Assembly (NCBI GenBank): GCA_037917685.1
Contig: JAVCBU010000011.1
Span: forward strand, 70,190 to 134,189
From: Thermoproteota archaeon
Lineage (GTDB): Archaea; Korarchaeota; Korarchaeia; Korarchaeales; JAOZGB01
Length of the DNA stretch: 64,000 bases
Reading direction: 5' to 3'
Within the stretch, counting starts at the first letter, position 1, and every line of letters starts with the position of its first letter. The notes beneath the pieces were generated by a model. The model was given only the letters and a program-made list of their open reading frames with translations. It ran no database searches and was not told where the DNA came from. The translations under genes and the position numbers were made by a program. This document shows, in pieces, positions 38,023 through 51,500 of the stretch.

Positions 38023-38618
38023 AGGATACAAATATCATTGTAGCCGGCGTAGGGGGGCAGGGGATTCTTTTCACAACGAATGTAATAGTAAATGCTGCCC
38101 TCTATAAAGGGTTGGAATTCGCCCAAAGCGAGGTTCACGGCCTAGCCCAGAGATATGGGTCTATCCATACAGAGATCAGAATAGGCTCAGGGGTTAAGAG
38201 CTCACTTATCTTGGAGGGGACATTGGACCTTTTGATAGCTATGGAACCATTAGAATCTATGAGGTATGCAAGGTACATATCCAGGAGAACTACAATAGTT
38301 TCGAACAGCCATATAATTCCATCGCAGGCAGCATACCATGAAAACCTGGAAATACCAACAATAGATGAGATAAGACAAGCATTAGACAAGCTTAAACCTG
38401 GGAGAAGGGTTTTCTTGGATGCTACCAGCCTTGCGATGAAGAAACTAGGGGATCCATTCTTCACCAACACCGTAATGCTAGGCGCAGCTGCCGCGTTTAA
38501 AGTGATGCCTTTAACACCAGAAGACCTCGAGAAAGCCCTGGAAAAGGTGAGCCCGGAAAGGTATAGGGAACAGAATCTAAAAGCTTTCAGGATAGGCATG
38601 GAGGCAGTAACAGATTAA
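38019..38618 (+). CDS. iorB: indolepyruvate:ferredoxin oxidoreductase beta subunit
   Basis: 199 aa. N-terminal IVAGVGGQGILF. 4-nt overlap with iorA. Confidence 0.85.
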   Translation: MKDTNIIVAGVGGQGILFTTNVIVNAALYKGLEFAQSEVHGLAQRYGSIHTEIRIGSGVKSSLILEGTLDLLIAMEPLESMRYARYISRRTTIVSNSHIIPSQAAYHENLEIPTIDEIRQALDKLKPGRRVFLDATSLAMKKLGDPFFTNTVMLGAAAAFKVMPLTPEDLEKALEKVSPERYREQNLKAFRIGMEAVTD

Positions 38619-38735
38619 TGTTCTTTTCAGAAGGCTAAACCCATAGCTACTCTAAGTGTAAACTTCAGATTCGTAGAATGGGTGCAAAATGTTATTATAG
38701 GGCTTAGCCTAATCCATATTTAGAAGTATTCCGAG

Positions 38736-39137
38736 TTGAGGAGTTTGAAATGTAAACCCGGATGCGTAAAATGCTGCCTTAACACAGAAATGGTTCTTAC
38801 AGAGTCTGATGTTGAGAGACTCACTAAAAAGGGCTATGCCAGGGAGTACTATGCTGAATATAGGAATGGCTATCTAAGGCTTAAAAATGTCAATGGTAGA
38901 TGTGTATTTCTCCGTGAAAACGGCACCTGTAGAATCTATAAGGTTAGGCCTATAGGCTGCAGGCTTTATCCAGTCATCTACGACCTCGACGAGGATATTG
39001 TAAGAGTAGACGAAGAATGTCCTGCTAGAGACACCATCTCGGTTGAAGAGTTCAGCAGAGCTGCAAGGATACTCCTGAGAGCTGCATCTGAAGTAGTAAG
39101 ATCAAAGAACATGATTGAAGCTGAACAAAAAATCTAG
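38736..39137 (+). CDS. YkgJ-family (UPF0153) cysteine-cluster protein
   Basis: 133 aa with CKPGCVKCC and a later GRCVFL...GTCRIY...RPIGCRLYP pattern. Confidence 0.7.
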   Translation: MRSLKCKPGCVKCCLNTEMVLTESDVERLTKKGYAREYYAEYRNGYLRLKNVNGRCVFLRENGTCRIYKVRPIGCRLYPVIYDLDEDIVRVDEECPARDTISVEEFSRAARILLRAASEVVRSKNMIEAEQKI

Positions 39138-39535
39138 TCGAAGCAGAGAGCTACCTCTGATATCTGTAGGGATCTCCCCGCCTTTATTGTGTAATTAGTA
39201 GACCCGCATGAGGGACAAGTAAATAATTGAAGTTGAAGTAGAAGATCTGGAAATAAGTGTGCAGAATTTAAATTGTTGCTTCTAGGCTTAGAGCTCCACT
39301 CAAAGCTGCAGTCATTACATTTTAGTAGAGGATCCTCCCACTCTATCTTTACATCCATCCCCTCAGCCCTGGTACCTTTGGAGAAGACTTCTAACGCAAA
39401 CTTCAGAGAATCCTCATCTACCATCCTAAGTTTGCCTATCTTCAATTTTATCCATTTTATCCTAGCATTCGGCCTTCTAGACATCATCCCATTTAGGGAT
39501 CGAAGAATGGACAATGCTATACTGGACTCATGCAC
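39134..39535 (-). CDS. hypA: hydrogenase nickel insertion protein HypA
   Basis: 133 aa with the MHE N-terminus and the zinc motif CNDC...CPSC. Confidence 0.8.
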   Translation of the reverse strand: MHESSIALSILRSLNGMMSRRPNARIKWIKLKIGKLRMVDEDSLKFALEVFSKGTRAEGMDVKIEWEDPLLKCNDCSFEWSSKPRSNNLNSAHLFPDLLLQLQLFTCPSCGSTNYTIKAGRSLQISEVALCFD

Positions 39536-39548
39536 GATGCTGCACCAC

Positions 39549-40919
39549 TTAATGCTTTAGAAGTCTCTCTTCGTATTTTCTTAAGTATTCCATTGCTTCC
39601 CCTACGTCCATGAATAGATCATCCACCGCATTGACATCGTCCACCTCAACCTTATCCCGACTGTTTATCTTAGCTTTTTGAGCTGAAAGACTCAGTAGCT
39701 GCACTGAGTATCTAAGGCTTGTCTTCGTCCCAATCTCCGTTAGCCTCTCAAGGGCTTCATCTGAGAGTTCAACCTTCTCCTCGGCAGCTCTAATCTTAAG
39801 AATCTCCCTTATCTCTTCAGGCTTATACTCATGGGTTGCGATAATGACGGATCTGTCTATCAGGTCTAGTGGGAAGCCGAGTGGGCTTTTAACATCTGTG
39901 CCTCTGATCGTGGTTACTCCTCTGTTAGTTGCTAGTATTATTATTGGGACAAGCTCACTTTCCCTTGCCCTGCCAAGGAAGCTGAAGGCTTCGAGGTCTA
40001 GGAGATGTGAGTCGTCTATGAATAACACTCCTGGGTGGATATACGCTTTGCCCTCGTCAACCCATTGTTTAACCTGCTCGTCCACAGCCTGCCTAATCTC
40101 CGGATCAATCTCACGTTCTTCAGCACTGCCGAAGAGCAGGGAGAATACGCCGCCTCTCCGTCTTGCATTCATCTGATCGAGATCATGAAGTGTAAGCATA
40201 TAGACAAATTCTTTCTCCTTTAGGACCTTTCCCTCCGGCCTAGGTACCTTTCTCCTGGTGTCAACGTCATAGGTCTTGCCAATCTGGCTTTCAAGGCATA
40301 TACCAACGTCTGAAACCATTCCCGTCTCTGCATCTATCTGAATAACATGGCCTACTGTTATACCCTGCGATACTATCTGCTGTGCAATCTGTGCGCCAGC
40401 CTCTATGGTTTTTTCCTCGTCTTTCGTCTTCAAGGTGATCCTTACGCTCTCTGGGATTTTCTGGTATGGATTGTAGGGGTGTGGAGCCGTCCTTATATCA
40501 ATATTCGTGATTTCACCTTCATAGACCTTCCTGTACTCGTGTATCTCCACGCCAATAGCCTTCCTTATAGCTTCCATTAGTATCTCTGTTTTCTTCCGCT
40601 CGCTACTATATATCTCACTACCACTCATCTGGATGAATGGAACGTTAGGCCCAAGCTCCCTGGAAATCGCGACAGCTATAGCTGTCTTACCAGTTCCAGG
40701 GGGACCTGCAATTATAATGGTTCTACCACTGAGCTTCCCCTCTTTAACCATCTGCACTATGAGGCCAGCTGCCTCCCTAGCCCTGGTCTGCCCAACCATC
40801 CCGTCAGCGATGGGTTTGGCCTTAAGATTCTTATCAAGCCCAAGACCCTTAATGTGTGTATGCGCGCCTACTCTCTCCCATCTCTTAACAGCTGGGATCT
40901 CCTTGATAGACGACATCAC
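39549..40919 (-). CDS. TIP49/RuvB-like AAA+ ATPase
   Basis: 456 aa. RVGAHTHIKGLGLD N-terminal signature, Walker A GPPGTGKTA, an insertion domain, and a Walker B region reading LFIDDSHLLD. Confidence 0.9.
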   Translation of the reverse strand: MMSSIKEIPAVKRWERVGAHTHIKGLGLDKNLKAKPIADGMVGQTRAREAAGLIVQMVKEGKLSGRTIIIAGPPGTGKTAIAVAISRELGPNVPFIQMSGSEIYSSERKKTEILMEAIRKAIGVEIHEYRKVYEGEITNIDIRTAPHPYNPYQKIPESVRITLKTKDEEKTIEAGAQIAQQIVSQGITVGHVIQIDAETGMVSDVGICLESQIGKTYDVDTRRKVPRPEGKVLKEKEFVYMLTLHDLDQMNARRRGGVFSLLFGSAEEREIDPEIRQAVDEQVKQWVDEGKAYIHPGVLFIDDSHLLDLEAFSFLGRARESELVPIIILATNRGVTTIRGTDVKSPLGFPLDLIDRSVIIATHEYKPEEIREILKIRAAEEKVELSDEALERLTEIGTKTSLRYSVQLLSLSAQKAKINSRDKVEVDDVNAVDDLFMDVGEAMEYLRKYEERLLKH

Positions 40920-41387
40920 TCATCACCCCAATGCTTAATTAAGATGTAGCCATTAATATTATGCAAGCCCAAACGTATAAAGCTGACGCCTACATGCACT
41001 TAACGCCTACCTATATAACACCAAGGCCAAACTGAGCACGTGTGTGCGAAACTGAGCGCCATGAGTATTCCGCACTTATAACAGTTCTCTACGGCATCCT
41101 CGAAGACTGCGAACCTCTGCTTTCATCGGTCTGCGAGGGTGGATCCTATATATGGGCATTCGAAAAGATATCTGTAGTATTCCAAAAGGCGAAGTAATCC
41201 TAAACCTATTTTGTTTATTGGGATAACTGTGATTGTCATAGCAGTATTCCTACTTGTTACATTCTGCGGTGAGATCCCTTGTTAAAGGCAGCAATGTTCA
41301 AAATATGTAGATCTAACAGGAAAATAGCTTTCCCCCACCTATTTCCGAACATCAACTTTTAAAAGAGTTTTCCTATCGCATAGTGGT

Positions 41388-41783
41388 ATGGATAGCTGTA
41401 CATTCTGCAGGATAATCAGGGGTTTAAGTCCGGCCGCCTTTGTCTACAAGGATGAATTTGCAGTAGCGTTCATGGATAGGTTTCCGCTATCGAAAGGACA
41501 TGTTCTAGTAGTCCCCAAAAAACACTATGAACAGATATATGATATGGGTATAGAGGATGCTGTAAGACTTTTCAAAGTGGCATATCGGGTTGCAGGTATG
41601 ATTCAGAAGGTGCTAGAGCCAGATGGCATGAGGATTCTTCAAAACAATGGGGGTGCCGCTGGCCAAGTTATCCCTCATGTCCACTTTCACCTGATTCCAG
41701 CTTACTACCACGCTCCGCTAATGCGGAAGAGTGCATCTATGGAGGAGTTAGAAGAGATAGCGAGCCTCATTAGGGGAGGCTAA
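41388..41783 (+). CDS. HIT family hydrolase
   Basis: 131 aa with the histidine triad HVHFHLIP. Confidence 0.85.
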   Translation: MDSCTFCRIIRGLSPAAFVYKDEFAVAFMDRFPLSKGHVLVVPKKHYEQIYDMGIEDAVRLFKVAYRVAGMIQKVLEPDGMRILQNNGGAAGQVIPHVHFHLIPAYYHAPLMRKSASMEELEEIASLIRGG

Positions 41784-41840
41784 AGTTAAATATACGAATT
41801 ATACATTAAAGTTAAAGGTTCTCCTATAGTTGCCTGGATT

Positions 41841-43265
41841 GTGAAGGGGCTAGGATTAGGATTTTATGATTTAGCGCCTCTCCTGATAATTACAGTACAC
41901 TTCCTAATGATTCCATTTCTGTGGGATGTGCTCCCAAGCGGGATGCCTGACACACCCTACCATTTGCTAATGGGGAAAATGTTCTCGGACCATGGGAGGG
42001 TGTGCCTATGGGACTACTACGAGTACGCCCCTGAAGGTAGGCCAAACCTTTACCCTCCACTCCTACACGTGATAATATGGCTTGCCCATGACGCCACTGG
42101 CGTAGACTACTGGACAATAGGGAAGGCTATATCCGCACTTCAGTATCCCCTCTCCCTACTGGCTATATGGCTATTTGCAAGGACTTTGTATGGAAAAGCT
42201 GTAGGAGCATACTCCACTGTTTTCGCCTCAACCGTTATGAGGTTTTGGTGGCAACAAGCTTCAGTAGCCCCTTCCTCAACCATCGCGATGCTGCTACCCC
42301 TTTACATGATTGCAGTGTTTCGAAGGAGTCAAGTAGGGATTTTTACACTCCTTACTTCCTTCCTGTACCTTCACCTGGGCTTTCCGCTTGTCATAATACT
42401 TTGTACAGTGATATATGCCGTGATAATAAGAGATCGGGGGATTTTGAAGCCTATCATCGCGTCATTTGTAGTCTATTTGCCATGGCTTTTCCATCTATGG
42501 ACATATCGAAGCTGGATTGGCGAAGGCGTAAGTGGAATGCGCGGTCTCAGAGTAGCCTGGGAAACAAATCTACTCTACTTATCATTCACAATCTTAGGCG
42601 TGGTTATAGCGATAATAAAGCTCAGAGAGAAAAGATATAATTTGACACTTGTTTTCTCAGCTGGAATGTTGGCTGTACTATTCGCCTACGGCTTCAGATA
42701 TTTTTATCATTCCCCTCCCGTGAACTCGGTTCTGGCAGGGATAGGGGCTTTATGGATTGGTACAGCAATCTCAAAGAAGCTGAATATCAGGAGAGATTTG
42801 GTTTATGGTCTACTACTGGTCGGCTTGGCTTGCTTAACTTTCACGAAGCTACCGTACCTCCATCTTAGACCAGGTATCGGAGTTCACATGGGTGACTCCA
42901 TAACGTGCAAGCTCTTAGACCACGTATCAGGAGATAGCAGTTTCCCCTACGGCTGGAAATGGAACGATGATCCATACTTGCCCCTCATTATCAAGTGGAT
43001 AGAGGAAAATACAATGCCAAACACTATAATACACACTAGAAGTGGTATTTTAGGGGACTACCTAGCCCTACTCTCAGATAGAAGAACCAGCACAGGAATG
43101 TTTGCGGAAGTGAAACCTGATTACTGGCAGCGAAAAATAAAACCGGATGGGGGAATTTTCATCTTTACAGAAGAGGAATACAATAGAATTCCACAGCAAG
43201 TTAAACGAAATGTAAGGATAGAGGTGGAATTCGGGCCCTACCTGATTGGAATCCCTAGAGTGTAG
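41841..43265 (+). CDS. polytopic membrane protein, GT-C-like glycosyltransferase candidate
   Basis: 474 aa, GTG start, more than 10 TM helices. The first loop carries DTPYH and YPPLLH, reminiscent of the PMT_2/ArnT-like GT-C fold. There is a soluble C-terminal domain. Confidence 0.45.
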   Translation: MKGLGLGFYDLAPLLIITVHFLMIPFLWDVLPSGMPDTPYHLLMGKMFSDHGRVCLWDYYEYAPEGRPNLYPPLLHVIIWLAHDATGVDYWTIGKAISALQYPLSLLAIWLFARTLYGKAVGAYSTVFASTVMRFWWQQASVAPSSTIAMLLPLYMIAVFRRSQVGIFTLLTSFLYLHLGFPLVIILCTVIYAVIIRDRGILKPIIASFVVYLPWLFHLWTYRSWIGEGVSGMRGLRVAWETNLLYLSFTILGVVIAIIKLREKRYNLTLVFSAGMLAVLFAYGFRYFYHSPPVNSVLAGIGALWIGTAISKKLNIRRDLVYGLLLVGLACLTFTKLPYLHLRPGIGVHMGDSITCKLLDHVSGDSSFPYGWKWNDDPYLPLIIKWIEENTMPNTIIHTRSGILGDYLALLSDRRTSTGMFAEVKPDYWQRKIKPDGGIFIFTEEEYNRIPQQVKRNVRIEVEFGPYLIGIPRV

Positions 43266-43468
43266 TTGAATGCGGGATGGTTTGTCCAATGCTTCTTCAC
43301 ATCTGCAGTGTGTTCTAGCCTATTATTTTTCTTTAGATACTCCGTCAGCTTTTGAAAAATAGTCTTTCAGGTTCTTAATATTCTTGCGAGAAGATGTGGA
43401 GGATCGTGGCGGCTAAGCCATAGAATGCGAGATGAGCCTTCTCATCGTTCAATGTAATGTTTTGGAAC

Positions 43469-43906
43469 CTATAGTTCGATTAGTTTTACTTTCTTGCCGC
43501 CAATCTCCTTTATCCTTGAGTCCGTCGTCACAACGGTAGCTTTAAGCTTCTCCCCTGCAGCTAGCAGGTAACAGTCTGCAAGCGACAGGAAAGCGTAATG
43601 TTTAAGTTTAAGCCTTGCTGCTTCAACTGTCAAGTCCTCGTCTACACCCACGATTCTGATTGGACTTCCTCTTATAAGCTTGTGCTTGACAATAGCAGAG
43701 TCCCACCCGAAAACCCTTGCATAGTTATACAGGAATTCAGCCATATTCATCTCTAACATATAAACTATTGAATGCTTCTGGTAGGCTGTGTTAACATACG
43801 GTTTGGCATCCTCACGCCCAGCAAAGTATACCGCTAGGACTCCAGCGTCAAGAATGTACCTCTCCTTCAACTTCCATCCTCCTAGACTCTGAGATAAGCT
43901 TAGCAA
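43469..43906 (-). CDS. vapC: PIN-domain toxin VapC
   Basis: RYILDAGVLAVYF near the N-terminus and VVTTDSRI near the C-terminus are the acidic PIN residues. The true start is probably the TTG within WKLKERY, just past the vapB stop. Confidence 0.75.
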   Translation of the reverse strand: MLSLSQSLGGWKLKERYILDAGVLAVYFAGREDAKPYVNTAYQKHSIVYMLEMNMAEFLYNYARVFGWDSAIVKHKLIRGSPIRIVGVDEDLTVEAARLKLKHYAFLSLADCYLLAAGEKLKATVVTTDSRIKEIGGKKVKLIEL

Positions 43907-44096
43907 CCTTTAATGCCTTCTCACCATCAATGCCGTAAGCCTCTCTCAGAGATGAGGGGACGATTATGTATATCTTTTTGCCTTCAACAATCAGATCGAG
44001 ATAGGAACCCTCAACTATACCAAGCCTTCTCCTGATCTCTGCAGGGATGACCACTAAACCCTTACTGTGGACCTTAACCTTATATCTAGCCTCCAC
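43848..44096 (-). CDS. vapB: AbrB/SpoVT-fold antitoxin VapB
   Basis: 82 aa. VKVHSKGLVVIPAEIRRRLGIVEGSYLDL is a swapped-hairpin AbrB-type motif. Confidence 0.75.
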   Translation of the reverse strand: MEARYKVKVHSKGLVVIPAEIRRRLGIVEGSYLDLIVEGKKIYIIVPSSLREAYGIDGEKALKVAKLISESRRMEVEGEVHS

Positions 44097-44161
44097 ACTA
44101 TTGATGTTAAACCTTTATATATAAAAGATTAACGTTAAACAAAAATATTTTGATGGAAATG

Positions 44162-46871
<2,710 letters not shown>

Positions 46872-46885
46872 TATCTAAATATTGG

Positions 46886-47422
46886 TTAGATATATATAAA
46901 TTTATCCTGCCTCCTCAGAGCCTTAAGAATGGTCTGCCTTAACCATAGGAGGAAGGTAGTAGCTCCCTCCAACTCTACAAGAGCCCTGTCAATATCCTCC
47001 ATAGCATCTGCGACAAGTCTAACAGCGTCTCCGAAAGGCAACCTCTCCAGCTGACCAACGAGCCGCTCTCCTTCTCTAACCAGTCTTAAGGTATCGTCAG
47101 ATATTCTAGGCTTCCTCCCTGAGAGCTCGGTCCCAATCAACCTGAAAGCATGGTCACCAACACATATAGAGATGAGGAAAGAGTTTCTAAGCCTATAATA
47201 CTTTCTAGGCTTACGACTCCCCACAGAGGATACCTCATAACTCTCGACAATACCATGCTCTTCAAGCTCCCTTAAATGTTTAAGTATTGCAGGCTGCGAA
47301 GCTACATCTCCAAGTTCCTTTGAAAGCTGGAAGAGATACCGAGGCTCCTCTGACAATAACTCTATTATCCTACGCCTAAGCCTATTTGACAGTATGAACA
47401 GAATGTTATCTATAGTCTCCAT
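46886..47422 (-). CDS. winged-helix transcription regulator, Phr-like (heat-shock regulator candidate)
   Basis: 178 aa. RLRRRIIELLSEEPRYLFQLSKELG...AILKHLRELEEHGIVES...RKPRKYY resembles, from memory, the N-terminal wHTH of Pyrococcus Phr, and is followed by a helical C-terminus. It sits 14 nt upstream of hsp20. Confidence 0.6.
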   Translation of the reverse strand: METIDNILFILSNRLRRRIIELLSEEPRYLFQLSKELGDVASQPAILKHLRELEEHGIVESYEVSSVGSRKPRKYYRLRNSFLISICVGDHAFRLIGTELSGRKPRISDDTLRLVREGERLVGQLERLPFGDAVRLVADAMEDIDRALVELEGATTFLLWLRQTILKALRRQDKFIYI

Positions 47423-47450
47423 CCCCTATACTTATAAAGCGACAATATCT

Positions 47451-47458
47451 AAATAAAT
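47451..47458 (-). promoter_or_regulatory. TATA-box-like element upstream of the Phr-like gene
   Basis: ATTTATTT on the coding strand, 29-36 nt upstream of the ATG at 47420-47422. Confidence 0.3.
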
Positions 47459-47616
47459 ATTACTATTGAATGATCGTGTATACAACAATACAAACCAATA
47501 TGCAGATAAGATGTTCAGCTCCGAGTCAAAAGGCAAACTTTCAGAGAGGATCTGAGAGGTTCGTAGCGCGCGCGATAACATAATCCTTTGTTAACAAAGC
47601 CCTAGTCCTACCTGTA

Positions 47617-48336
47617 TCATTCCCGGCTTTCCACCATGTGTAGGGCTTTTAGCGCTACATAGACAGGGAGGGGGGTGAGCCTCTTGAAGTTTAGGATGAA
47701 CCGGAGCGGTGACGTAGGCCCCACTATATCCGTGACAACCTTTACAACCCCGTATCTAATTCTAAATCTCTCACACACCTGAGCGAAAGCTGCAGACTCC
47801 ATGTCAACTCCAACTACGCGTCTAAGCACGTTCATTCTTATGTCCCTCAGCGCGGATCTTTTCGCTGTGAACTTGTCCATTGTAAGCAGCGTTCCCTTCA
47901 CATAGTTGACTTCCAAGTTTTCTGCAGCCCGGATCAATGCGTCAAAAACGTCTTTTGAAGGTTTAAATCCCCTAAGAGATCTCGGCAGCTTATCATAGCT
48001 TGCAAAGTGTATTGAGCCGAGATCTGTTTCAAGGCATTGGTCGTAAAATGCTATAATGTCGGGTACAAGCAACATCCCAACCCTTAGTTTGGGCGTAGCT
48101 GAGCCCAGGGTTCCTACAAGTAGGGCTTTTCCAACGTTCAACTTTAAGGCTAGGATCGCTGTGAGAATAGACATGTTAACTTTTCCTATACCTGAGAATG
48201 AAAGCAATAACTCATTACCGTTGTAAGAGGCTGATATTATCTTAAAACCGTGGATTTTCCGCTCACTCTTTATCTTCACATGGTTGTAGGCCGGCTTTAA
48301 TTCCCCTGGGAGAGCCGACACAATCGCGGTCTTCAC
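47617..48336 (-). CDS. nucleoside phosphorylase-superfamily protein (PNP_UDP_1 / MTA-SAH nucleosidase-like)
   Basis: 239 aa. GVDMESAAFAQVC is typical of the PNP/MTAN fold. Confidence 0.6.
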   Translation of the reverse strand: MKTAIVSALPGELKPAYNHVKIKSERKIHGFKIISASYNGNELLLSFSGIGKVNMSILTAILALKLNVGKALLVGTLGSATPKLRVGMLLVPDIIAFYDQCLETDLGSIHFASYDKLPRSLRGFKPSKDVFDALIRAAENLEVNYVKGTLLTMDKFTAKRSALRDIRMNVLRRVVGVDMESAAFAQVCERFRIRYGVVKVVTDIVGPTSPLRFILNFKRLTPLPVYVALKALHMVESRE

Positions 48337-48551
48337 AGAAGATTAACCATATCGTAATATAATTAAGAATATGTAGCTATCTACTAAAGTCCATCAATAA
48401 ACTTGTAAACATATTTCGTAGTCATGTAGGTTCTCTAGGTCATATTGCCGCTATGGGAATACATCGTTGCCCTACGCTTCATAAGAGCTAAGGTAGCTTT
48501 AGCTTTTGAATCGGGATATTGGTTGCAGTTTCATTTTGATGTTTGCGGATG

Positions 48552-51500
48552 TTATGTAGGTGCCCATGTGTCTTCCGGCTGGTTGGAGAGTAGGCTGTAG
48601 TTTCTGGCTTCTTCTAGGCTTTCAGATACTGCAAATAGGAGGGTGTAGGTCCTGCGGGTTTTAGGCTTTAGGTGAAGGTACGCTGTCGCCAGGAGATTTC
48701 CGCCATACTCCTGCGACTCGTCGCCCATTATTACTTTAGCTGCACCCTCACGTGAGACGAGTGTTATGTACGGCCAACCTGAGGTGTTGTAGGCTATTAT
48801 ATAGTTTCTTTCCGCCTGTGCCCATGCCATGTATCTGCCCTCCCTTCTCACTATTTCCCTCTCCCCCGGGAGTATGAACCTGTACTCTCCACCTGGCCTT
48901 TTCAACCTGAGGAAGAATCCTATGACTGGCGTGACATGCCTGTAAGCGTTAGTAGTGTTTTCCGCCGAGAACTTTATAAGGAGGAACCTTGCCATCTGCA
49001 TGGTTAGATATTCAACCCTGAGTTTTAAACCCCATATTCTATCATGCTCTTCTCTTTCAGGTGTGCACTCTGCAGCTATCCCAGCCCACTTTTCACCCTC
49101 TATCTTCTTTACAGTCCACTTCTCCCTTTGTAGGCTCCATCTCCACCTAGTCTGCTCGGTTCCGAACATGCATATTCCTCCAAGCCAGTTTCCGAACCAG
49201 CTGTACGGCCTGGGCTTTGGAAATGAAGAGTTTAGCAGTTCATCTCCCCCGGCCTTGAGGGAGAATAGTGGTGCTCCAAGCTCTTTACCCACGAGGTACT
49301 CGAGATAGCCATTTCCAACCCTAAAAACCCTCGCCTCCTTGTACTTCTCCTCTGATATCTCAACCTTGCTCCCTCCACCTACATGGATGAGTGGGATGGA
49401 TTTCACCTGCAGGATTCCTTCAAGTTCGAGTTCAGCTGTGAGCCTGTAGGCTCCGGACCTGCAGTGAGGTTTTACCTCGAGGCTTCGGCGTAGAGGATTC
49501 TCAATATTTAGATTTTCAACCTTTACCAACGTTGGCTCTATGCTCCAGCCCTCAGGTGGTTTTAGCCTCACTGTCCCGCTTTGCCTCCTTAGTCTGAGGT
49601 TTTCCAGTGTTAGGTTAATCTTACCCTGGCCCCCTATTATTAGGGGGCTTAGTTTGAGCCTTACTGGCTCGTCGTAGCTTGGCGGCGTGTCTTCGTACTC
49701 TGCTGGTTTGCCTTTGAACATTCTCCTCCAGATTCTGCTTATATTAACCCATGATCCGGGTCCCACATAGTAGTATAGGGGTTCAGTCCAGTACTCAGAA
49801 TTAGGCTTAACCCTGACAGGGTATACGAAGGCTGCTCTTCCGCCGCCTATGTCAACCTCCTCCGGGCTTCTCCACAGGACAGCTGAAACCAAGCCCTTCT
49901 CCTTATCTTCCACCGCAATCCATCCCTCTCTATACTCACCCGGCTTCTTAGGTAGGTCTCCCTCCCAAAAGGGGAAGTCTCCCTCCGTAAATAACGTCCT
50001 TACCAGGCCCTTCTCCGATGGTATGGTGTAATATTTGCCAAAGCAGTTCAGCCAGCATCTGACTTTAACTTTAAACTCCGCCTCCCTCGTACTAGTGTTT
50101 TTAAAGCCGTATCTCAGCCTCACGAGGTGGGATCCCCTCGGTATAAGTATTTCCTTAACCATTCTAATGCCTGCTTGCTTCTTAGAGTCCGACTCCAACC
50201 TTATTGTGAGTCCCTCCTTTGACTCCTGGACTTCAACCTTGAACTTTTTCCTTTCGAACTCCGATGGCCAGTATGGCGGTCCTAAGCCCTCAGCAATGCC
50301 TAGAACGCTATATGTAAGGGTTTTGCCGTCGAGTATCCTGACGTTTGAGCCTCTAATTGTCGGGACTTCGACTATTATGCTCTCATTCCCAGCTACGAGC
50401 TGGTTTCTAATTCCCTCGTAGCCGTAAAGGACTGTTGAGTGACTGTGAACCCTGACGTTATAGGTTATGGGCTTACATCTTACTTTTAGACCTCTTGCTT
50501 CAACATGTGGGATTAGCTTTAACATGTACAGCCCTGGGCCTTCCGGTTTAACCTTGACCCTGAAGCCTGAATGCTCTATAGGGGTCATAGAGATCTCAGC
50601 GCTGGTCCTGTCTAAGGCTATACCCGTCGGATGCGAAATATCTACTCTAACCCTGCAACTGTCTCTAATCTCGGACTTCAAGTCCACGTTTAGATACCCC
50701 TCACCACCCGACCACAGCGTGAAGGGGTGGGGGCTTATAGAGACAGCAACAGGCTGTTTTATCCTGATTCCGATGCAGAGGGGAACCCTTAACCCTGAAA
50801 TGTTCAGGGTAGACTTTACCCGCCATGCTTTCTCCTGTTCATCCCTATATTTCGCCTCCACCACAGGTTTAATTACGGCTTTAAAGGTGGCTTCCTCTCC
50901 AGGATTGACTGTAGCACTTTTAGGTGAGATAGGCCCTATCTCCGCATCTTCAGCCTCCACAGCCTCGATTGTAACCTTAAGCGGCTTATCATTCTTGTTC
51001 CTAATGATCCAAGTAACGTGTTGGGGGAAACCTGCAGGAGCATCCTGTTCTTCAATCATCATCCCAGCTTTAACCCTAGGAGTCTCCACTCCAGCTATGT
51101 CTCTGGCTTCCCTGTCCACAATTACAATGAGCTCCTCACTATCAGCCCTAAACCTATAGGGGAACGCTTTTATCCCTTCGTAGCGGTAGTCGTCGTCTTT
51201 AAGGTCTAACTTTCTAACCAGCCTTCCGTACCATGATGGATGGCTTAAGCCATGCACCCTTACAAACCTTCGGGTTAAGGGGTGGGTTAAGATGGCTGGA
51301 ATGTAGTTCTGCATGTAAACGCTTGTTTTTGGAACCCAGTAGAAGCCTGTCTTTTTATATAGGGGGACGGCATTAATGTTTCCGCTCCAGGTGTGTAGGT
51401 CAACCCTCTTATATCCAAGTTTAATGCTCTCTCCAATAGCCCGTAGGAGTAGGCTCCTACCTATCCCCCTCCCCCTATAGTCAGGGTGAACATTGAGAAA

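Noticed and set aside
39134-39137. CTAG shared by the convergent stop codons of the YkgJ-like gene and hypA.
   Set aside because: It is a real 4-nt overlap, but a trivial consequence of TAG stops on both strands, with no functional implication that I can support.
41152-41283. Tiny membrane ORF (MGIRKDICSIPKGEVILNLFCLLG, then ITVIVIAVFLLVTFCGEIPC in the -1 frame) in the TIP49-HIT intergenic region.
   Set aside because: It would need yet another 1-nt correction, is only about 44 codons long, and has no motif. The evidence is insufficient.
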